From: Patescibacteria group bacterium
Lineage (GTDB): Bacteria > Patescibacteriota > UBA1384 > GWA2-35-9 > JBASTP01
Length of the DNA stretch: 64,000 bases
Reading direction: 5' to 3'
NCBI GenBank assembly: GCA_049274945.1
Contig: JBASTP010000006.1
Coordinates: 96,529-160,528 of the forward strand
A program made the position numbers and the translations under genes. Under the pieces are notes generated by a model. That model was not told where the DNA came from and did not search any database. It was given only the letters and a program-made list of their open reading frames with translations. This document shows positions 17,284 through 26,382 of the stretch, piece by piece (position 1 is the stretch's first letter; the number at the start of each line of letters is the position of its first letter).

Positions 17284-17557
17284 ATGAAACTGGTTAAGAA
17301 GATTACGCGAGTGGGAGTTGAACCGGAGCCCAGAGTGCCAACGGATCTTCGCAAAGCCCTCGCGGCTGCCCCCGAGGTTGTGGCAGTGTGGAAGGATCTC
17401 ACGCCAATCGCGCGCAGGGATTTTATCAGTTGGATCGAATCAGCCAAAACGTCGGGACTTTGTTGATTGGATAGATTTAGCGAAAGAACCGGAGATACGT
17501 ACACGCAGGATTGAGAAAGCCTGCGATATGCTTGCGGCCGGAAAGCGCCGCCCGTGA
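17284..17557 (+). pseudogene. YdeI/OmpD-associated (DUF1801-like) protein gene disrupted by a +1 frameshift
   Basis: Frame A (17284-17466) gives ...PTDLRKALAAAPEVVAVWKDLTPIARRDFISWIESAKTSGLC*. Frame B (17318-17557) continues RRDFVDWIDLAKEPEIRTRRIEKACDMLAAGKRRP. The family motif RRDF-x-WI-x-AK occurs twice in adjacent frames. Confidence 0.4.
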
Positions 17558-17653
17558 TGTTTTTCAAATAAAAACTTGCCTGTCCGCCATAGCTCGTAAG
17601 AGCGACGGCGGAAAATCGTCCTTCAGACACCGCATTTTTCAAAATACGCCATT

Positions 17654-17875
17654 ATGAGCAGTACGTTGTTTAAGAGATGGGGCTGGATATATAGGCCGAG
17701 TAGTATTCTTGGCTGGGTAGCCACGGTGGCTACTATTGCGCTCATCGGGTGGGTTTTTATGGCAGTCGATCGCAACTCCCACTCTGCGAGCGATACCTTG
17801 ATTGGCGTATTTCCCTGGGCGTGGATCTTTTTGGCAACGCTCAACTGGATTGCCTCAAAAACAAGTTCTCGGTAA
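17654..17875 (+). CDS. hypothetical small membrane protein
   Basis: 73 aa with two TM helices. Immediately upstream of pilB on the same strand. Confidence 0.3.
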   Translation: MSSTLFKRWGWIYRPSSILGWVATVATIALIGWVFMAVDRNSHSASDTLIGVFPWAWIFLATLNWIASKTSSR

Positions 17876-17920
17876 ACATACTGCAGAGCATTTAGCTGGT
17901 AGATCGAGTACAATTAATTT

Positions 17921-19441
17921 ATGCCCGACATTAGCAGGCAAATTGCGGCGATCCGCCACGAGCAGGAAGAAGGCAAAACCGGCGAGCTCGCCGCGGCCCA
18001 AGGTCTGCCCTACATCGACCTCATCAGCTATCCGCTTACTCCGGAAACGTTACGGATTGTCCCTAAAGCCGATGCTCTGTCCCATCGGGTAGTGAGTTTT
18101 TTGAAGGTGGGCAAAAAGGTTAACGTTGCCACCGATCAACTGGCCCAGAGTTCGATTAAGGATTACCTCAAGGGGCTCGCCGATTCCACCAAACTTTCCT
18201 TTGCCATCCACCTTGCATCCCCCACCTCGCTTGATCGCACGATTGGCCTCTACGATGTTTTTGAAGCCGAAGACGAAAAAAAGATCCTTACTAAAAGTAA
18301 AGCGACGACCGATTTTGCCCAGATTATTAAAACCATTGACGATGTAGCCAAGGAGTTGCCCAAGGTTTCAACCACCGATTTGCTGGAGCTCCTCCTCACC
18401 GCCGCCGTTAAACTTGAGGCATCTGATATCCACCTCGAGCCGGAGCAAGGCGCTTGCCGGTTGCGACTGCGCTTGGATGGGGTGATGGAGGATATTGGTC
18501 GGCTTACGCTCGAACAACACCGGGCGCTCAACTCGCGGATCAAAAATCTCAGCCAGCTCAAACTCGATGTCCGCGACAAACCCCAGGATGGCCGATTCTC
18601 AACCAGGGTGATGGCACTCGATGTCGACGTTCGGGTTGCCACCTTGCCCTCGAGCTACGGCGAGGATATTGTGATGCGGCTTTTGATTCCCGCTCGCCAA
18701 CTCACCACGCTGCAGGCACTCGGTTTCTCAAAAGAGGTTTTGGAATTGGTGACTGACGCGATCGCCAAACCGCACGGCATGATTTTGAACACCGGCCCCA
18801 CCGGTTCTGGGAAAACTACCACGCTCTACGCCATTATAAGCCAGCTCAACAAACCGGGCCGCAAGATTATTACGATCGAGGATCCGATCGAGTACCGGCT
18901 CGCCGGAATTGACCAAAGTCAAGTGGAAGTGGAAAAGGGTTTTACGTTTGCCTCGGCGCTCCGATCGGCGCTCCGGCAAGACCCCGATATTATTATGGTG
19001 GGGGAGATCCGCGACAGCGAAACCGCCAAGATTGCCCTCAATGCGGCGCTGACCGGCCACCTGGTGCTGACAACCTTGCACACTAACAATGCCGCTGGCG
19101 CGATCCCGCGGCTGCTTGAAATGGGGATCGAACCATTTCTGCTCGCTGGCTCGATCAACCTAATTATTGGCCAGCGGCTGGTGCGCCGGCTCTGCCCCCA
19201 CTGCAAAGGCGCCAAATGCCTGCGCTGCCGCAAGCTCGGCTACCACGGTAGAATTGCCGTGGCCGAGGCGCTCAAGCCTCAGGCGGCGTTTAACGAACTG
19301 ATCGGCCGCAAGGCCACGATCGCAGAGTTTGAAGCCAAGGCCAAGGAATTTGGCATGACCACCATGCTTGAAGATGGGCGTGCCAAGGCCGCCCAAGGCT
19401 TGACGACTAGAGAGGAAGTGGAGCGGGTGGCGCAAGAGTGA
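17921..19441 (+). CDS. pilB: GspE/PilB-family secretion ATPase (type IV pilus / T2SS assembly ATPase)
   Basis: N-terminal GspE_N-like domain. Walker A GPTGSGKTTTL, Asp box, Walker B IIMVGEIRD and His box LVLTTLHTNNA. C-terminal tetracysteine CPHCKG...CLRC. Confidence 0.8.
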   Translation: MPDISRQIAAIRHEQEEGKTGELAAAQGLPYIDLISYPLTPETLRIVPKADALSHRVVSFLKVGKKVNVATDQLAQSSIKDYLKGLADSTKLSFAIHLASPTSLDRTIGLYDVFEAEDEKKILTKSKATTDFAQIIKTIDDVAKELPKVSTTDLLELLLTAAVKLEASDIHLEPEQGACRLRLRLDGVMEDIGRLTLEQHRALNSRIKNLSQLKLDVRDKPQDGRFSTRVMALDVDVRVATLPSSYGEDIVMRLLIPARQLTTLQALGFSKEVLELVTDAIAKPHGMILNTGPTGSGKTTTLYAIISQLNKPGRKIITIEDPIEYRLAGIDQSQVEVEKGFTFASALRSALRQDPDIIMVGEIRDSETAKIALNAALTGHLVLTTLHTNNAAGAIPRLLEMGIEPFLLAGSINLIIGQRLVRRLCPHCKGAKCLRCRKLGYHGRIAVAEALKPQAAFNELIGRKATIAEFEAKAKEFGMTTMLEDGRAKAAQGLTTREEVERVAQE

Positions 19442-19704
19442 TGGCGTGGATCAAAGCTTCAAATCTACTAGGTAAATATGCCGGGAACCGTCAGTTTCAC
19501 GCTGCGTATATTTGTAGCGTGGCCCAACAGGTCCTGGGCAATGAAGCGGTTGTGGTGAGCTTTCGAGACGGCAAGCTAGTTCTTGCTATCGTCTCATCGG
19601 CCCAAGCAGCGAGTATCCAGATTCAGTCAGACCAAATTCGTAAGGCGATCAACGAAAAATTGGGGCAGGAATTTGTCACAAGGTTTCGGTTCCGTGCCAG
19701 CTAA
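19438..19704 (+). CDS. DUF721-like small protein (DciA-like)
   Basis: 88 aa. LGNEAVVVSFRDGKLVLAIVSSAQAASIQIQSDQIRKAINEKLG resembles the DUF721 core. ATGA overlap with pilB. Confidence 0.35.
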   Translation: MMAWIKASNLLGKYAGNRQFHAAYICSVAQQVLGNEAVVVSFRDGKLVLAIVSSAQAASIQIQSDQIRKAINEKLGQEFVTRFRFRAS

Positions 19705-20687
19705 GCACGGAGTATTGCGCACTGCTCTATAAAACCTTCGTTGAAACTATTAAACCGCGATTGCTGGGTAGCAGGGTCATAGCTGTTATTAGGTAGACCA
19801 AGCACTCTGACGATCTCCCGATCGCAGGTTTCCGGCCTTGGGCGTGCCCTAATCTCATGAACCGAACGGTTTGCTGCTTGGCATCCTTCTTTTTTGGCGA
19901 TTCCTTCAAGACCGCTCGTTACTGTTGGACAGCTCGGTGGTTGCGCTGGCGGGGCGAGCGCCTCGGGGCCGTAGAGCGAAACGAGAAAGGCCGACATCAT
20001 AAACACGGTGGCAATGCCAAAGATCGCCCCGGCGATCATTTCTTTGGCGTGTGCGGTCGCCTCCGGCGACCCGCCGGAGTTCAAGTAACCGAACCCGGCG
20101 TAGACCACCACGAGCGTGGCCGCCACCACCGAGAGCACCATCGCCACCTTGACGAGATCGGTGAGGTAGTCGCCGAGAGTTTGGTAGGTTTTCCCTCTGA
20201 AGATGGGGCTCAAGTCCGGGGAAGTGTAGCTGATGATGCCCGATCTGCTGGGGGTACTCGATTGAGGCGTGTAGTTGGTGTTGCCGGCGATATTGAGTTT
20301 GATAATCGGGACATTGTTTGCTCCCGTTTTTTGCGCGGTGAATGTGGCAGTGGCTGTGGCGGTTAAGGGATTAGGCGCCGTGACCGTTAGCAGAATACGG
20401 AGGGTGTTGTTACCGCCAAATTCTGTTTCCGGGATGTCAAAATGGAAACCACCCTGCTCACCAGTTGATGTTGATTTAGGGAAGAATCGGCTTGGTCCAG
20501 TATCAGCGCGGGTGACCGTAACTCCGGCTCTCTCGATTGCCTTTTGGTCAATGCTGCTCGCAACAGTGCCGGCAACGCGCGCATCGGCAGCTCGTACCGA
20601 GCTCATAAACGAGAGCGCTAAGAAGACGGCTAAAAATGCAGCGAGCGATATTTTTTTAATTTTGAAATTGCATTTTGACTTTTGCAT
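19701..20687 (-). CDS. pilin-like protein with N-terminal Ig-like beta domain and Cys-rich C-terminus (paralogue 7)
   Basis: Start moved to the ATG at 20687 (MQKSKCNFKIKKISLAAFLAVFLALSFMSSVRA signal peptide). The track start at 20924 would overlap the giant gene. C-terminal pilin module YAGFGYLNSGGSPEATAHAKEMIAGAIFGIATVF, then a 4-Cys tail. Confidence 0.55.
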   Translation of the reverse strand: MQKSKCNFKIKKISLAAFLAVFLALSFMSSVRAADARVAGTVASSIDQKAIERAGVTVTRADTGPSRFFPKSTSTGEQGGFHFDIPETEFGGNNTLRILLTVTAPNPLTATATATFTAQKTGANNVPIIKLNIAGNTNYTPQSSTPSRSGIISYTSPDLSPIFRGKTYQTLGDYLTDLVKVAMVLSVVAATLVVVYAGFGYLNSGGSPEATAHAKEMIAGAIFGIATVFMMSAFLVSLYGPEALAPPAQPPSCPTVTSGLEGIAKKEGCQAANRSVHEIRARPRPETCDREIVRVLGLPNNSYDPATQQSRFNSFNEGFIEQCAILRA

Positions 20688-20712
20688 TTTGAGGTTTGAG
20701 TTTGAGGTTTCG

Positions 20713-23700
20713 TTAAAACCCGATATGAACATGTTGGGTAACCAATGGGGAGATACTGATACCCTGGCGGTTTTCCTTGGATGGGGCATCTTCATTGAAG
20801 ACTTGTTTGTAGCGGTCAGAGCCAAAGAAGGCGAGCAGGTCTTGCTGTCGGGCGGTAATGATCTGAACCGGTTTTGTTGAAAAGTCAGGTTCCTTTTGCC
20901 GCACGCCCACGAAGTTTTTGTCAATAAAGTAATAGGGCATCTCCATCATATCAGAAATCAAACCGTTGACTCGGACCCGGGCAGCCTGTTTAAGCCCTGC
21001 GCGGTACTCGGTCGCCGCCATGCCGTTAAACTCGGGCAAGCCAATCGCGAGATTTGGGTTGAGAGGCTCAATTTGCGGGTAGTAGCCGTCGCCGGTGCAC
21101 AGCACAAAGATTTTTACCTTGTTGAAGCCAAAAAGGTTGAGGGCGATAAAAAGGCCAAGCGTAATCGGGTTTAAGGCCGCGCCCATCAGCGCCGCGATGC
21201 CCATGCCGATCAAGATTGCGCCGGTGCCTGGCACGAGGCCGAGCGCTTGCTCCATCTGCCCCACCTGTTTGGCAAACACGATCGTAACAACAATCGTAAT
21301 CATTAGGGTATAAGCATCACTAAGTTTCGACCCGGCATCCTGAATCGCCGGATTACCTAAGGTAAAGGTGCTTTGAGCTGCCGCAAATGCTGCTTTGGCG
21401 TGGAGGAAGTTTTGAGTGGCAAAGTAGATTTGGGCGGCATTGCCGACTTGCCAGCCCATTTTACTGTCAAGAAATTGGAAGGCTTGCGAGACTGCCCACT
21501 GGCCGTAGATGCCGACAATTGTTCCCGGAGTATTGAGGTTGCCCAGCGCTCCGGTGCGGCCGTACTGGAACAGCGCCTGGGTAGTGCCCGGCTTCCACAG
21601 GTCGCCAAAGAGTTTCTTTTGGATCACAAACTGATCGAGTGAGCCGAGCGCGCCGGTTTGCACCAGCCTGTCATAGTTTTGCCCCGAAGAATCACGAAGG
21701 TACGCTCGGGCGGCATCGAGCGACCCCTGCGCTAAATGAATGCCAAGAATGTTGTGGTTATTAATCAGGTTTTCCGCGTAATTTAGGAGCGAGGTGGTGC
21801 GCTCTTGGGTGGTGCCTTCGAACATCGCCCGAGCAAACCCAGCAGGAATGTTGATGTCGGCTTTGTAGAGTTGGTTGTCGATTAGGCGAAATTGGAATTC
21901 ACTCTTGCGTTGGGAGCGAACTCTACTCCGTTCGTTCTCGGTTTCGGCGGCAGCTTGGGCTTGGGCGAGGACTCGTTGTTGCGCTTCGTCAGTCACACCC
22001 GATTCCTCGGCGAATCTTAGCGCGCTATTGTAGGCATCTTCGCGGAACGCCTCGAGGCGGCTCTCATCGTCAGCCGGCGCGCGCAGCGAATTGACAATTA
22101 CCTCATAGGTAATCTGGCGGTCTGGCGGCAGAAGATTGCCGTTTTTATCTTTGTTGAGCGAGCCCGCCATGTCAGCGGCGGCGACAAAGCCCAAAAAGCG
22201 CATGTCGCCATGGATCAGTGATTGAATATCGCTATCTGGCATAACAATACCACCGCGGCCTTGCCGATCTTGGGTGCGCGTAAAAATTTCGCTGCGCGCC
22301 GCGAGCGTAAACTCATTTTCAGCGGCATCTCTGACGACTTGCGGCTGGCGAGTTGCATCAGCCTCAAAGGAAATATTAAAGACACGCGAGAGCGGCCCGT
22401 CGTGCACGCCATCGTTCAAGCCAAATTGGTTTTCGAGCTTGAAGACCCCCTCGGTTAGGAAGACTTTCCGCGCGTTTTCCGGTTCTGCGGCAATGAGCGA
22501 GAAGGTGCCGGTGCGCACCCCAAGCTTGCTGTCAAATCTGATGCTGAATACGGTATCGAGCGCGCTGTAAAATGATTGGCGATCTTGTGGCCGCCAAGCA
22601 GCAACGTCGGTCACTGAGTTGCGTCGCAGTAAATCAAAAACGATCGGAAACTGGGAATTGAAATTGTCCCTGGCCGTGCCCTCAAGTCCAAGCACATCCG
22701 CTAACCGATCAATCAGCGCTGTCGAACGGGCAAGCGTGTCTGCAATCGAGAAGTCCCCCACCTTCTTGGCATAATTCGCCGGACTAAGCTCACCCTTCAG
22801 CAATTTTTCGGTAGCGCCGATTTCAAGCCGCAGTTTTTCGTCAACCTCTTCAATGGTTAGTTCCTTTTGTTCGTTTGCGACCTCGCCGCGCCGGAACTGA
22901 TCAATAATTCTCCAAGCGCCGTCTCGGCTTATCGCGTTGCCGTTTACTCGGCTAAGGTATGCCAAGGCGGCGTTTTGGGGGCCTATGGTAGTGATCGACT
23001 GAGGCAACGAGAGAGTTTCAATCGCTCGCCCCAGCTCGCCAGGATCATAGCCCTCAAGAGACAGGCCGTTGGGGTGACCGGTCATCCGGAACGCGATCGC
23101 AAAATTAATCGGCTGGTTGCGCTCGATTACCTTATCGAGCGAATCGCGGAAGGTGCCGGGCTGCAGGCCAAGCGTTGCCTCAACCGCGTAGCGTCCTTGG
23201 ATTTCCTCCGGCACGCCAAAGATCGGCAGCGCCCCGATGCCTAAAAGATTGCCGAAGTAGTGCGATGCTACATCGGCCATGGCCAACCGCTTGTCGTCGG
23301 AGGAGGGGGCATGGAGCAGTTGGTAGAATACACTTTGGGGCAGATCGAGCACTTGCTCAAACTTCTGCGCGGCCACCCGTTCAAACACCGGCCTGCCACT
23401 ACCTGAGAGCATGTCGTAGATGTCGTAGGGGGTAAAACTAAGCCCGCCGAACTCTACGTTGATCCCCAGCAGGTTAACACCGCGCAGGAGCAGCACCTCT
23501 TTACCCACTCGTTCAAAGTACTGATCGGCTGTCAGTTCTTGGGTCGCCAGACGACTTGTGATTGATCGTCTGCCCGTTCCGATTCCCAGGATCGCATCGA
23601 TCTGTTCCGGTGTGTTTTGAGCGAGCGCTACGCGAATGGGTTGGCGGCCGAAATACTGCTCGTACTGGGCGCGCCCCACTGCCCTGAAGAACGTCTCGGG

Positions 23701-26382
23701 AGATTGCTCCCGCTCCTTGAGCGTGTAGAAGATTGCCCGCGGCGGCAGCTCGAGCGAATTTTCAACTTGTCGTGCGCCAATTGAGAGTGCCAAATCTTTG
23801 GTGGCGCGTCGGCCATTCAACCAATCAAATAAGTCTCGAGCGGCAATAAGGTTGTTTGAGCGGCCGCGCTTGCCCGTTTGACTGTAATCGGCAAGCCTTA
23901 CATCGCTGATTTGTCTTGCGGGCGTGCCACTCACAAGTTCCTCGATATCACGGTACATTGCGCTGAGCTCATTTTGGATTTGAGTGCGCAGAGCTTGTTC
24001 ATTGAGCGGCCCGACGGCGCTTGAAATAGCATCGAGCGATCGCGAGATTTGTCTCACTGCGTTCGCCGAGTTTTGGAAATTAAGCGGGCTGCGGAAAAAC
24101 TGATCAAGACTGGATTTGATTGTGTTAACTTCAGTTCTAATGGCTGGGTCGCTCGTTGCCGCTCTGGTGAGTTGGTCTAAATTATCATTACGATTTTTGA
24201 GATCATCAAAACGGCTGCGGCGAAAATCATATGAGGCTCTGGCCTCGGCAATTTCTGGGTGCTCGGCCAAGAGTTCCTGCTCCCTATTATTGATTGCTTG
24301 TTGCACTTCGGTAGTATTTTGGATTGCCTGCACAAGCCTATCGCGGCCGATGCGTTTAAAAATAGGGACAGCGCCTTGGCCGGAGAAGATGCGAGCAAAT
24401 TCCCCGGGCCGCAACTTCGTCAATGACATAATTGTTCGTTCAGGGATTTGCCAATCGTTTGACGGATTTTCAAAAAAATTATTAATCGCCGAACGATCAC
24501 CATCGTTCGGCGACAATTGATTAACGAGCGCCTGACGGCCAATTACGGCAAGCACGGTTTGGTCACCATTCAATAATCTTCTGATAGTGCCAGCCGGTGT
24601 TGCATAAAAACTATTTTCTTGTGACTGTTCACTGTTCACAAAGTTGCGGAATGAGCCAAAGTTGTCATTGAGCAGTTTACTGCCAATCGCTCGTTTGTAA
24701 TCCGCAACACGGCCATTCAAGAAATCGGAAGCAGTCTTGCCATACGGCAACCCGACGAGTTCATCAATTGCGCTGGGTGATGAGGCAAACATAATTTGAA
24801 TTTTACGTTCGCCAAGTTGTCGTTTAAGCGTTGTCAAATCATTCGCCGCGAAGCTCCCCGCGGGCAATTTCATTTTAGTTTCGATCATTGCCTCGCCGAT
24901 TTTTTCCTCAAGCGCTGGACGCGAGTTCCAGGTACCCTGAAGGGTGTTTTCTTTAAGCCCAAGTTCTGACTCAAGTTTGCGGCGGCCAACCGAGGTCAAG
25001 ATCTCGCTAGCGTTATTACCACGCAGTGAGCCAATCGGGAGACCTAAGCGTTGTTCGATCGTAAATCGGCCTACTGAGTATTGGATATCATCAATTGTGT
25101 TGCCCTCAATCGCCTGTCGAGGCAAACCGAGCCGGTCAGCTAATACGGCACGGCCAAAGAGCTCCACGGTATCGCCTAGGGATGACCCGTCAAGGCCACG
25201 GCCGCCAATTGCCGATTCAATGAGGTGGCGGCCAATAAAGTCTGCCATATCCTGGAGGTTGGCGTAGCGCAAGCTGCCGTCATCGCCTAAATCATTGACG
25301 TCAAATTCAGAGAGCGTATCAAGCAGGGCATTTTGAATAAGATTTTGAGTGAGGTCGTTGATCGAGAGCCCCGGTGGGTTTTCTTGCGCCACGCCTTGGT
25401 CGGTTTGATAGCTCACTTTGATAGGTTTGGGCGGGAGTTTTTGGCGGTTGACCTTGCGGAGGATGATGCCCTTTTTGACCACTACCTTACTGCACTTAAT
25501 CGTTTCGATTTCCGAGATATCGAACGCCTGGCCTTGAGCATGGAGCGAGATGTTATCGGCCCCCTCGGTTTCTTTTGAGAGTGTCTTCTCGCGCAACGGT
25601 TTGCCGCTTTTGGGGTCCCGGGCCGTGTAGTTTTTCCAGATTCTGGCCACCTTAATGCGTTCGTGGCCGCCGCCGTCTTGCGCGCGCGGCGTGATGAGCC
25701 AGGCAAGGGCATCAACCACTCGACGATCGAGCGGGAAGTTCTGTTTGGTTTTTTGAACCAACTGATCGCCCGGCAGGTCACTCGCAAATACGATGCCTTC
25801 CAGGAAATCGCTCACCTCAATGGCCTCGCGTTGTTGCTCGATCAGTCGTTCGAGTGAGCTAAGAGCAACGCGCGATCGGTCGGTGAATATCTTGGTTTGA
25901 GTCTCTCGAACAAGCTCCAGCACTTGGTTTCTGCGCACTTCGTCCTGGAGCACGGCCCCTACCCCTTGCTCACCCTCAAAGCCCAGCTCGATTAGCTTTT
26001 GTTTGAAGTCGTTGAAGGTTGCCTGATCTTCTGCCGATACGTTGCTCGTGTTCTTGGTGTACTGGTCAGGATCAAGGTGGGCGCGCAGGATCGCGGCGTC
26101 TCGCGGGTCTAGGATGAGTTTGCCTTCTCTGGTGATCGGGTTTTTGAGTGCATCGAGTGTATCAGTGAGGGTGGCAAGTAGCGGTTCGGCCGTTTCACCG
26201 GGCGCCTCATTTGGATCAAGCGGATCGCTGTCGCCCTCACTGCCTAGTTCTTGGGCATAAACTGGTTTGGCAAACAAGGTCAGCGGGCTCACTTTTGGAT
26301 CAACTAACCAACTTGCGAATACCAATTCCGTGAGAATGAATCCAAGGATGATGCCCCGAATTATTAGACTCGTACTTTTCAT
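20713..26382 (-). CDS. giant (~1890 aa) secreted/membrane-anchored protein of the T4SS-like operon
   Basis: The ATG at 26382 (MKSTSLIIRGIILGFILTELVFASWLV signal/anchor) overlaps the upstream stop as ATGA. The TTG at 26427 is less likely. Long, mostly hydrophilic body. Several C-terminal hydrophobic helices (…ITIVVTIVFAKQ…GTGAILIGMGIAALMGAALNPITLGLFIALNLFGF…). Confidence 0.5.
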   Translation of the reverse strand: MKSTSLIIRGIILGFILTELVFASWLVDPKVSPLTLFAKPVYAQELGSEGDSDPLDPNEAPGETAEPLLATLTDTLDALKNPITREGKLILDPRDAAILRAHLDPDQYTKNTSNVSAEDQATFNDFKQKLIELGFEGEQGVGAVLQDEVRRNQVLELVRETQTKIFTDRSRVALSSLERLIEQQREAIEVSDFLEGIVFASDLPGDQLVQKTKQNFPLDRRVVDALAWLITPRAQDGGGHERIKVARIWKNYTARDPKSGKPLREKTLSKETEGADNISLHAQGQAFDISEIETIKCSKVVVKKGIILRKVNRQKLPPKPIKVSYQTDQGVAQENPPGLSINDLTQNLIQNALLDTLSEFDVNDLGDDGSLRYANLQDMADFIGRHLIESAIGGRGLDGSSLGDTVELFGRAVLADRLGLPRQAIEGNTIDDIQYSVGRFTIEQRLGLPIGSLRGNNASEILTSVGRRKLESELGLKENTLQGTWNSRPALEEKIGEAMIETKMKLPAGSFAANDLTTLKRQLGERKIQIMFASSPSAIDELVGLPYGKTASDFLNGRVADYKRAIGSKLLNDNFGSFRNFVNSEQSQENSFYATPAGTIRRLLNGDQTVLAVIGRQALVNQLSPNDGDRSAINNFFENPSNDWQIPERTIMSLTKLRPGEFARIFSGQGAVPIFKRIGRDRLVQAIQNTTEVQQAINNREQELLAEHPEIAEARASYDFRRSRFDDLKNRNDNLDQLTRAATSDPAIRTEVNTIKSSLDQFFRSPLNFQNSANAVRQISRSLDAISSAVGPLNEQALRTQIQNELSAMYRDIEELVSGTPARQISDVRLADYSQTGKRGRSNNLIAARDLFDWLNGRRATKDLALSIGARQVENSLELPPRAIFYTLKEREQSPETFFRAVGRAQYEQYFGRQPIRVALAQNTPEQIDAILGIGTGRRSITSRLATQELTADQYFERVGKEVLLLRGVNLLGINVEFGGLSFTPYDIYDMLSGSGRPVFERVAAQKFEQVLDLPQSVFYQLLHAPSSDDKRLAMADVASHYFGNLLGIGALPIFGVPEEIQGRYAVEATLGLQPGTFRDSLDKVIERNQPINFAIAFRMTGHPNGLSLEGYDPGELGRAIETLSLPQSITTIGPQNAALAYLSRVNGNAISRDGAWRIIDQFRRGEVANEQKELTIEEVDEKLRLEIGATEKLLKGELSPANYAKKVGDFSIADTLARSTALIDRLADVLGLEGTARDNFNSQFPIVFDLLRRNSVTDVAAWRPQDRQSFYSALDTVFSIRFDSKLGVRTGTFSLIAAEPENARKVFLTEGVFKLENQFGLNDGVHDGPLSRVFNISFEADATRQPQVVRDAAENEFTLAARSEIFTRTQDRQGRGGIVMPDSDIQSLIHGDMRFLGFVAAADMAGSLNKDKNGNLLPPDRQITYEVIVNSLRAPADDESRLEAFREDAYNSALRFAEESGVTDEAQQRVLAQAQAAAETENERSRVRSQRKSEFQFRLIDNQLYKADINIPAGFARAMFEGTTQERTTSLLNYAENLINNHNILGIHLAQGSLDAARAYLRDSSGQNYDRLVQTGALGSLDQFVIQKKLFGDLWKPGTTQALFQYGRTGALGNLNTPGTIVGIYGQWAVSQAFQFLDSKMGWQVGNAAQIYFATQNFLHAKAAFAAAQSTFTLGNPAIQDAGSKLSDAYTLMITIVVTIVFAKQVGQMEQALGLVPGTGAILIGMGIAALMGAALNPITLGLFIALNLFGFNKVKIFVLCTGDGYYPQIEPLNPNLAIGLPEFNGMAATEYRAGLKQAARVRVNGLISDMMEMPYYFIDKNFVGVRQKEPDFSTKPVQIITARQQDLLAFFGSDRYKQVFNEDAPSKENRQGISISPLVTQHVHIGF

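Noticed and set aside
17112-17642. 176-aa minus-strand ORF covering tRNA-Ser and the YdeI-like locus
   Set aside because: Antisense to a confident tRNA and to a recognisable protein family. No motifs.
20641-20712. Short direct repeats (TTGCATTTTGA x2, GAGGTTTGA x2) between the giant gene and pilin paralogue 7
   Set aside because: Too short and imperfect to call a repeat element. They are partly within the pilin signal-peptide coding region and are likely coincidental low-complexity.
20896-26260. Numerous 60-130-aa ORFs on both strands inside the giant gene (e.g. 22867..23244, 24116..24520, 25482..25787)
   Set aside because: All are nested within a long continuous ORF that has a signal peptide and operon context. 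They are typical shadow ORFs of GC-rich coding sequence.
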